Under the pieces are notes generated by a model that was not told the DNA's origin, did not search any database, and was given only the letters and a program-made list of their open reading frames with translations. From Candidatus Sericytochromatia bacterium (lineage in GTDB: Bacteria > Cyanobacteriota > Sericytochromatia > S15B-MN24 > UBA4093), in NCBI GenBank assembly GCA_036676455.1, contig JAKFCW010000011.1, forward strand, positions 128,268 through 192,267: a DNA stretch of 64,000 nucleotides, in the 5' to 3' direction. The position numbers and the translations under genes were made by a program. Positions 8,034 to 14,082 of the stretch are shown here, piece by piece; position 1 is the first letter of the stretch; each line of letters opens with the position of its first letter.

Positions 8034-8061
8034 GGGGGGCATGCAGCCCCCCGCCTTTGCG

Positions 8062-8973
8062 TCATCGGAGATTTTCTAGCGTCCTCTTGACCGTCTGATC
8101 CGAAACTTTTGCATACCTCATGGTCGTTTGCAGGTTCTTGTGACCGAGGATCTTCCCCACCACCTCCACCGGAGCGCCCTTGTTGATGAGGTCGGTAGCG
8201 TGGGAATGGCGTAGAGAGTGAATCGTGCAATCGATTCCAGCCTCCTGGCTGTAGCGCTTCCAGGCTTTGGCGATCACCGAATACTCCACAGGCTTACCAG
8301 TGAGGCCATACCGCTGCTTCGCCTCGTTGGGCCGGAAGATCAGCCCGTCTATGATCTGGTGCTTCCTCATGTACCACTTAAGCAAGCGGAGGCTCTCGGT
8401 CTTCACAAGATGGATCGTCCTCTCCTTCTGCCCCTTGCCCCGGACGGTGAACTCCTGGGCATCAAGGCGAAGGTCCTCCACCCGGAGCGCAAGAGCCTCA
8501 GATATCCGCAAGCCCGTCTCGCTGATGAGCGTAAATAGAACCTTGTCTCGGTCATTCGTGATCACGGACAGAATCTTGTTGACCTGAGCCATGGGAAGGA
8601 ATCGGGGTTGCGAATCGGGCAACCGGATCGCCCCGATTTTATCCATGGGATTGGCGGGGATGAGGTCATGGCGGAAGGCCCACCGGAGGAAGCTCTTTAG
8701 GCTGGCTTGCTTCCGGGAGAGGCTTGCAGGGCTGAGCGTGTCCACCAACGAGCCGAAGTATTCCCGGAGGATGGCGGGCGACAGATCGGAGAGACTCCCC
8801 TTGTAGAAGCGCAGGAAGGCCATGAGATCGGCCTGGTAGTTCTTGATTGTGTGCTGACTCTTGTTCTCGGTCTTGAGATCGATAAAGAACTCGTCCACAA
8901 GTTGGACGAGGGAAGGAGTGCGCTCCATGGCCTTGCGAAAAGCGGTGACTTCTCCCATTGAACTGCCCTCCAT
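8062..8973 (-). CDS. tyrosine recombinase/integrase (XerC/XerD-like)
   Basis: ETGLRISEALALRVEDL (Arg I), HSLRHSHATDL (H-x-x-R) and LGHKNLQTTMRYAKV (Tyr nucleophile). The ORF track starts at a TTG at 8985; the first ATG is at 8973. Confidence 0.85.
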   Translation of the reverse strand: MEGSSMGEVTAFRKAMERTPSLVQLVDEFFIDLKTENKSQHTIKNYQADLMAFLRFYKGSLSDLSPAILREYFGSLVDTLSPASLSRKQASLKSFLRWAFRHDLIPANPMDKIGAIRLPDSQPRFLPMAQVNKILSVITNDRDKVLFTLISETGLRISEALALRVEDLRLDAQEFTVRGKGQKERTIHLVKTESLRLLKWYMRKHQIIDGLIFRPNEAKQRYGLTGKPVEYSVIAKAWKRYSQEAGIDCTIHSLRHSHATDLINKGAPVEVVGKILGHKNLQTTMRYAKVSDQTVKRTLENLR

Positions 8974-9169
8974 CTCACTGTGCAATATAAAGATGAAATT
9001 GACCGAAAATTGAGCGGCCCGAAAGCCGCTCGTTCTGGATTAATTATCCCCGCTTGTGCCACATAATAATCATTATATAACACTGCGAACAATTTAAGTT
9101 TGATCGTAAGTTGAGCAGGGTAAGCAAGCAATGGTAAGCGAATAATATCCATTGTTGGCGAGGCATGGC

Positions 9170-9784
9170 ATGAAGCACCGAAACATTTACAGCATTATTC
9201 TTTTCGTATTGTTTCTTGGAATATCTTCCCCCCCACCAGTATGGTCCGCAAGTCTTCAACGGTATGCCGTTGTAACGAAGGATCAAAATACTGGGATTCT
9301 GGATGTTAGCGACAAAAGCTTTTACCCACTTGGAATGCCTATTTCTGATTTTGTCTCCAAATTCGGTTCTCCAGACAATGTGAGAAGAGAGCCAGAGTAC
9401 GATAGCAAAGGCGATGACAACCCGAGAGCTAACTATTCCTACTACAGTTATTATGCTGAAGGAATAGAGGTTATTGCAGATCCAAAGAACAGACTATCAT
9501 CATTTTACTTGTATACGCAGTCATATGCGAATTCCAGAGGCACTGAATATCGTTCTACGTCAGCAATTGCTTGGAATAATGGACGAGAGCTAGATCTGAC
9601 CCTGACAACTGCAGTGACTCCTAGGCAAATTTCTAGGATATACGGACCGCACTCAGACCACAGATCGTATCACTCCGATTCACTTTACTTTGATTCATAC
9701 ATATATGATGCAGGAAACAGCAGCATAACATTCAACTTCAACAGAATCGGGCTACAGTATATTTTCGTTGCAGGAAAGAATTAA
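9170..9784 (+). CDS. hypothetical secreted protein
   Basis: ORF 9152..9784; the ATG at 9170 gives MKHRNIYSIILFVLFLGISSPPPVWSA, a signal peptide. AT-rich codon usage. No family recognised. Confidence 0.5.
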   Translation: MKHRNIYSIILFVLFLGISSPPPVWSASLQRYAVVTKDQNTGILDVSDKSFYPLGMPISDFVSKFGSPDNVRREPEYDSKGDDNPRANYSYYSYYAEGIEVIADPKNRLSSFYLYTQSYANSRGTEYRSTSAIAWNNGRELDLTLTTAVTPRQISRIYGPHSDHRSYHSDSLYFDSYIYDAGNSSITFNFNRIGLQYIFVAGKN

Positions 9785-9797
9785 CAAGGAGGAAATC

Positions 9798-10262
9798 GTG
9801 CTACCTATGGCAAAGAAGGCTGTATTTACTGTTTTGTCGTTGACCATGCTAACGTCATGCGCAGCGTTTCTACGTTCCGTACCAGAGGGAGCGCATGTAA
9901 TGCCAAAAGACGGATTTTGGACTGTTTCTAGCATCGGGCCAAGAGACAGATACTGGGAAATCATGACAAATGAATCAAATGAAAAGATTATGAGGCTATA
10001 TTTTGATGACAAAGGTCAAGTCTTGATTAAGAAAGGAGACGGGACCTTATTATCCAATTACCTTGGAAAATGGTCGAATGGCCGTGTGAGCTTCAGTACC
10101 TTTGAGCAGAAATCTGCAGACTTAATGGAAATGGTAAAGTATGAATTTTCCATTGATAATGAGAACCAGCTTACGGGTCAGGCCGAGCTTTCAATAGACT
10201 ATGCAGGCGACTTTAAGGTAAGAAAGCAACAAGTTCGAGCGACCCTAAAACGAGCGCTCTAA
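9798..10262 (+). CDS. hypothetical lipoprotein
   Basis: AAGGAGG at 9786-9792, then a GTG at 9798 (or an ATG at 9807). MAKKAVFTVLSLTMLTSC contains a lipobox. No family recognised. Confidence 0.5.
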   Translation: MLPMAKKAVFTVLSLTMLTSCAAFLRSVPEGAHVMPKDGFWTVSSIGPRDRYWEIMTNESNEKIMRLYFDDKGQVLIKKGDGTLLSNYLGKWSNGRVSFSTFEQKSADLMEMVKYEFSIDNENQLTGQAELSIDYAGDFKVRKQQVRATLKRAL

Positions 10263-10347
10263 GAATTTCGGTAGAGGGAGTCGTGACCATCCCCCCAGAA
10301 TAATCGTAAATGCTTCCTGCTTAAGGCAGCTACTCGGCAGGAGCAAC

Positions 10348-10404
10348 GGATGGAATCACTGGGAGGGCCTTCTGCGAGCAGGAATCCCGCCGATCCAACC
10401 TGAA
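10348..10404 (+). repeat. degenerate copy of the att region / tRNA 3'-like fragment
   Basis: GGATGGAATCACTGGGAGGGCCTTCTGCGAGCAGGAATCCCGCCGATCCAACCTGAA aligns with 11180-11236 (GGATGGAACCACTGGGGGTCCTTTTGCGAGTAGGAATCCCGCCGCTCCGACCTGAA). The core has two mismatches. Confidence 0.6.
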
Positions 10405-10456
10405 GACCTCCATTCCAGTAGGCACGCCTATTGGAATGGAGGTCTTAACTTTTCTC
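10403..10456 (+). terminator. rho-independent terminator following the degenerate att copy
   Basis: 15-bp stem AAGACCTCCATTCCA / TGGAATGGAGGTCTT followed by AACTTTTCTC. Confidence 0.6.
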
Positions 10457-10517
10457 GCGACATGGATTGCACCCGAGCGGATTGTACTTTGGACTCTTTC
10501 ATGGTAATCTATGGATG

Positions 10518-10557
10518 ACGGCTTGCAGGGCTTCTAACTGCGGGCCGTTTTTCTTTT
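10518..10557 (+). terminator. variant copy of the tRNA-Pro-associated terminator hairpin
   Basis: ACGGCTTGCAG-GGCTTCTAA-CTGCGGGCCGT-TTTTCTTTT. The loop and tail match the hairpins at 11257-11298 and 12806-12847. The stem is kept through G-U wobble pairs. Confidence 0.5.
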
Positions 10558-10611
10558 GCCTTTATCCTTTGCTTGAACCAAAGCCCAGGCGATCACAAGA
10601 GGTGGCAAGAG

Positions 10612-11091
10612 ATGCGGATTGTTGATTCGGTTACCGTTTCATTCAAGATCACGGGCCTAGGATGGCTCGACACCGCCATCTCTGATGGCCACCAAACTTT
10701 TCACGAAGAGATATCCGATGTCCATGGCGGTGGTCTGCCAGAGATCGTAGATACGCTCGTCAACTTCTGTGAGTCAAAGAGTAGCCAATCTGTAGCGTTT
10801 GAACTTGAGCCAGGAAACCCAGTCCTTAGGCTTGATCACCAAGGCACTCTGATGCGAGTTCGGATTGGAGGCTCTGGCCTACTTCAAGATGAAGAAGACT
10901 GGGCTGACTATGGACTCCGAATCGACTTCTTCTGCGCTCCCAGTGTCTTCATTAAGGCTGTTTACGAGGCAGTGAATGCACTTATTGCCCAGCATGGTTA
11001 CGATGGAATTAACAACCAATGGGACGGTACGGCCCTCACCGAAGCCCAAGTCAATCGCCTTCAAGATGTAGTCTCAAAAGCGGCCTGTTAA
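10612..11091 (+). CDS. hypothetical protein
   Basis: ORF 10573..11091 (TTG start); the first ATG at 10612 gives MRIVDSVTVSFKITGLGW. No recognisable family. It sits between two att-like copies. Confidence 0.45.
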   Translation: MRIVDSVTVSFKITGLGWLDTAISDGHQTFHEEISDVHGGGLPEIVDTLVNFCESKSSQSVAFELEPGNPVLRLDHQGTLMRVRIGGSGLLQDEEDWADYGLRIDFFCAPSVFIKAVYEAVNALIAQHGYDGINNQWDGTALTEAQVNRLQDVVSKAAC

Positions 11092-11214
11092 TCGCCCGAC
11101 CCAGTGGCATTAGGCTCAACGCCTTTCTACGGTACCCTTATGCTCCCCATGACGGTCGGCCTTTTGAGGGACCAAGAGGGGATGGAACCACTGGGGGTCC
11201 TTTTGCGAGTAGGA

Positions 11215-11298
11215 ATCCCGCCGCTCCGACCTGAATCCCGCAAGGGAATCGAGAATAGACCGCCAGCAGGGCTTCTAACTGCTGGCGGTCTTTCTTTT
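11215..11298 (+). repeat. 84-bp direct repeat copy A (tRNA-Pro 3' end plus downstream terminator)
   Basis: Matches 12764-12847 with two mismatches by my reading (CAAGGGAATCGAG vs CAAGGAAATCAAG). Contains the terminator AGACCGCCAGCAG-GGCTTCTAA-CTGCTGGCGGTCT-TTCTTTT (11257-11298). Confidence 0.85.
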
Positions 11299-11477
11299 GC
11301 TGCTGTCCCCCAACTACCGCAAAAACCAAGCTTATTGGGTTAAAAGCTAATGACCGAGTACGAGTCTGCCTCTACAACAAAGAAACGTCACTAGGTCGGA
11401 CGCCGTACGAATCTCGGAGGTCACCTCCCAAGGGGCGCGCTCTTAATTGCCCGACGGCCGGTTGGGATTTGAAGTGC

Positions 11478-11506
11478 TTGACAGCAATATTGCCTCAACA
11501 CATCAT
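11478..11506 (+). promoter_or_regulatory. candidate sigma70 promoter of the arsR-family operon
   Basis: TTGACA (11478-11483), 17-nt spacer, CATCAT (11501-11506). Confidence 0.35.
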
Positions 11507-11517
11507 GTAATCATGAT
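11502..11517. promoter_or_regulatory. candidate ArsR/SmtB operator palindrome
   Basis: ATCATG-TAAT-CATGAT, a perfect 6-N4-6 inverted repeat that overlaps the putative -10 and lies 14 nt upstream of the start codon. Confidence 0.4.
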
Positions 11518-11530
11518 ATGAGGAGAAAAC

Positions 11531-11923
11531 GTGATGGCTGATGCCCCCCCGTTAAGCCCAAGAACTGAATGCGTTGCCCCCTGCTCCTACCTTCCTCGGA
11601 TGGAACACGGTCAAAGGCACCTTCTACAGCCGGAAATGCTTACTGAAATGAGCATCATCTTTCGGCTCCTGGGCGACCCAGTCCGTCTCCAAATCGTTCA
11701 CCTTTTAAGCAAATCTGAGCTCTGCGTCTGCGACCTTTCCGAATTGCTTCATGCCGGTCAATCCACCATCTCCAACCATCTCCGAATTCTAAGAGACAAT
11801 CGGCTTGTGCGGACACGGCGGGAGGGAAAGCTCATCTTTTACAGCCTCAACGCCCCGCACCTTACGGCCGTGATCAACGAAACTGCCGCCCAAGTCGCAG
11901 AAGAGAAAGAGGTCGCACTTTGA
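11531..11923 (+). CDS. ArsR/SmtB family metalloregulator (CadC-like Cys pattern)
   Basis: LGDPVRLQIVHLLSKSELCVCDLSELLHAGQSTISNHLRILRDNRLV contains the ELCVCDL alpha-3 metal site and the wHTH. N-terminal Cys pair ECVAPC. GAGGAG precedes the GTG at 11531 and the ATG at 11534. Confidence 0.85.
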   Translation: MMADAPPLSPRTECVAPCSYLPRMEHGQRHLLQPEMLTEMSIIFRLLGDPVRLQIVHLLSKSELCVCDLSELLHAGQSTISNHLRILRDNRLVRTRREGKLIFYSLNAPHLTAVINETAAQVAEEKEVAL

Positions 11924-12582
11924 TCACCCAGCCCAACCTCGACCAGCATCAACGCAAGAACCTCGCCCTAGGGCTGGGGCTCGTTCTCATCACGATGGCC
12001 TACAACGCGGTCGAGATGTTCCTTGCACTCTGGGCGGGCTTTCATGACCGCAGTATCTCGCTCGAAGCCTTTGGTCTCGACAGCATCATCGAGTTTGTCC
12101 TGGGAGCGGTCCTGGTCTGGCGCCTCGTAGTTGAAGCTCGTGGTGCCAATGAGGAACGCATCGAGCAGGTGGAGCGCCGAGCCAACTGGTGGGCTGGCGC
12201 CGTCTTCTACGCCTTGGCTGCGGTCATCGCCCTCGGTTCGGCAGTCACGCTCTGGACCCGCACCGAATCCGAGCCAGGTCCGCTTGGCATCGGTTTGGCC
12301 TTGGCGTCGGTCATTGTCATGCCCATCATCGCGACCGCCAAGAAGCGTGTCGGTACGGCCATCGGAAGTGCGGCGTTGAAAGCCGAAGCCAACTGCACCT
12401 GGGTCTGCGCCTACATGTCCGCGACTCTTTTGCTCGGCTTGCTGCTTACCAAGTACCTGGGCTGGTGGTGGGCTGACCCGCTGGCCGCCCTGGGCATCCT
12501 CTACTGGATCGTCGGTGAGGGGCGCGAGAGCTTCGAGCGAGCTGCTGGACGGGACACCTGCTGTAGTTGTTCGCACGACTGA
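11920..12582 (+). CDS. cation transporter, CDF-like membrane domain only
   Basis: TTG start overlaps the arsR-family stop (TTGA). Six predicted hydrophobic segments. AYNAVEMFLALWAGFHDRSISLEAFGLDSIIEF resembles CDF TM1-2. Cys-rich tail DTCCSCSHD. Confidence 0.6.
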   Translation: MITQPNLDQHQRKNLALGLGLVLITMAYNAVEMFLALWAGFHDRSISLEAFGLDSIIEFVLGAVLVWRLVVEARGANEERIEQVERRANWWAGAVFYALAAVIALGSAVTLWTRTESEPGPLGIGLALASVIVMPIIATAKKRVGTAIGSAALKAEANCTWVCAYMSATLLLGLLLTKYLGWWWADPLAALGILYWIVGEGRESFERAAGRDTCCSCSHD

Positions 12583-12763
12583 CCCCAGGTGGCCGAGGAC
12601 GTCTCGGTCTCGCGCGAGACGGCCCGAACCTCAGAGCCCAGTCCTATCATCCTGGATACAGCCCGCTTTGATCGGCACGTGAAACTCGGTGCCTTATGCC
12701 AAAAGCAGCGAGTGAACAAGGTTCTGGACCTTTGTGGCATGGGGTGCCTCAACCGAAGTAACC

Positions 12764-12847
12764 ATCCCGCCGCTCCGACCTGAATCCCGCAAGGAAATCA
12801 AGAATAGACCGCCAGCAGGGCTTCTAACTGCTGGCGGTCTTTCTTTT
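12764..12847 (+). repeat. 84-bp direct repeat copy B (outermost att copy plus presumed original tRNA-Pro terminator)
   Basis: See copy A. The terminator hairpin is at 12806-12847. GC-rich host-like sequence resumes to the right. Confidence 0.85.
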
Positions 12848-12874
12848 CTCCGCACGTTCGGTAGAAGGAGAGCT

Positions 12875-13780
12875 ATGATGCAAGTCCCACCGAGAAATGG
12901 AGAGCCTTGCGTGACCAACCTCGAATCGACCCAGTCCCCCCTCATCCGTGATATCTCAGACACCGCCCGATGGGCGGCATGGTGTCGGGCCGTCGAGAGC
13001 GAACGCCCTGACGCGCTCTTCAATGATTACCTTGCCAAGCGCCTCGCTGGTGAGAGGGGGCCAGCCATCGAGCAGGCCATGAGCAAGCAACGGGGGTCCA
13101 CCGTATCCTCCCTGGTCGTTCGGACGGTCGCGTTCGATACGATGATCCTGGACCGCATCTCGGAGGGAGGGATCGACACCGTCGTCAACCTGGCCGCCGG
13201 GCTTGACACCCGCCCCCATCGGCTTGCCTTGCCCCGGGACCTTCGGTGGATCGAGGTCGACCTTCCGAACCTGGTCGCTTACAAGGAGGCATACCTTGCA
13301 AACGAGCCCGGCGCATGCAGGATTGAGCGGGTCGGCCTCGACTTGTCGGCGGTGGAAACCAGGCGAAAACTACTGGCTTCGATAGGCGAAACCTCGAATG
13401 CCGTCCTGGTGCTGACCGAGGGGCTGATCCTGTACCTGGAACCCACGGTGGTCAAGGAGCTTGCCATCGACTTGGCGGGCGTACCGGCGTTTCGCACCTG
13501 GTTGATGGACTTGCTTCACCCGGCGATGCTTCCCTTCGTCACCCGCAGCTGGAACACCCAGGAGGCGGGCTCGGCGAACGTACCTCAGTTCGCTCCCGAG
13601 GGAGGTGCCGAGTTCTTCCACCCCTTCGGGTGGACCTTGCACCACTGGGTCAGTGCCTTTGACGAGGCGGAACGCCTCAACCGGGCAATCACCCCGGCTG
13701 GGGTAATCCTAACGGATGCCCAGCGGGAGGCCTCCCGAACCATGAACACGTACGTCCGTCTCGATCGGGCCATGACGTAG
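12875..13780 (+). CDS. class I SAM-dependent methyltransferase (leucine carboxyl / O-methyltransferase-like family)
   Basis: ORF 12734..13780 trimmed to the ATG at 12875, which follows GAAGGAG; the upstream part is a translation of the att/terminator repeat. Motifs: DTARWAAWCRAVESERPDALFNDYLA and VVNLAAGLDTRPHRL. Confidence 0.75.
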   Translation: MMQVPPRNGEPCVTNLESTQSPLIRDISDTARWAAWCRAVESERPDALFNDYLAKRLAGERGPAIEQAMSKQRGSTVSSLVVRTVAFDTMILDRISEGGIDTVVNLAAGLDTRPHRLALPRDLRWIEVDLPNLVAYKEAYLANEPGACRIERVGLDLSAVETRRKLLASIGETSNAVLVLTEGLILYLEPTVVKELAIDLAGVPAFRTWLMDLLHPAMLPFVTRSWNTQEAGSANVPQFAPEGGAEFFHPFGWTLHHWVSAFDEAERLNRAITPAGVILTDAQREASRTMNTYVRLDRAMT

Positions 13781-13892
13781 TCTCGTCACCCCGACCTTCG
13801 ACCGCAGGAGAAGTCGGTACGCGACTCCGCCACGAGCAGCGTGCTGTCCAGGTCTTGGAAGGTTGGGATTGATACGGTTGCTCGAAAATCGG

Positions 13893-13933
13893 CGGCCAGC
13901 AGGGCATCTCGCTGCTGGCCGTCTATCGTTTTC
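13893..13933 (+). terminator. terminator-like hairpin after the methyltransferase gene
   Basis: 10-bp stem CGGCCAGCAG / CTGCTGGCCG with a 9-nt loop, followed by TCTATCGTTTTC. Confidence 0.45.
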
Positions 13934-14082
13934 ACTGAGTTCGGGACAGTGATCGGGTGGGGTACGTCGCCCCGCACTTCAATTATACGTCCAACAAGGG
14001 GGCTTGCTTCAAGCCCCGGGTCGTGCCGCACAATCATTAGCCTCTGGTGAGCAATCCTATGGGGCAGGAGAGAGGAGCGAAC

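Larger units (their letters stand above)
2226..11214. mobile_element. AT-richer integrated element(s) inserted at the 3' end of tRNA-Pro
   Basis: Bounded by the 20-bp direct repeat (2206-2225 / 11213-11232). Composition shifts abruptly relative to the GC-rich flanks. Carries a large serine recombinase, a tyrosine recombinase, an XRE regulator, an HNH protein and orphan secreted proteins. An internal degenerate att copy at 10381-10404 suggests it is composite. Confidence 0.75.
11299..12763. mobile_element. integrase-less metal-resistance cassette (ArsR regulator plus cation transporter) flanked by att-containing direct repeats (CIME-like)
   Basis: Flanked by the 84-bp repeats 11215-11298 and 12764-12847. 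Holds only two translationally coupled genes and no recombinase. Confidence 0.55.

Noticed and set aside
11104-11343. ORFs 11104..11343 and the 5' part of 12734..13780, which share the peptide IPPLRPESRK.I.NRPPAGLLTAGGLSF
   Set aside because: The shared peptide is just the translation of the duplicated att core plus terminator hairpin. It is not evidence for a coding repeat.
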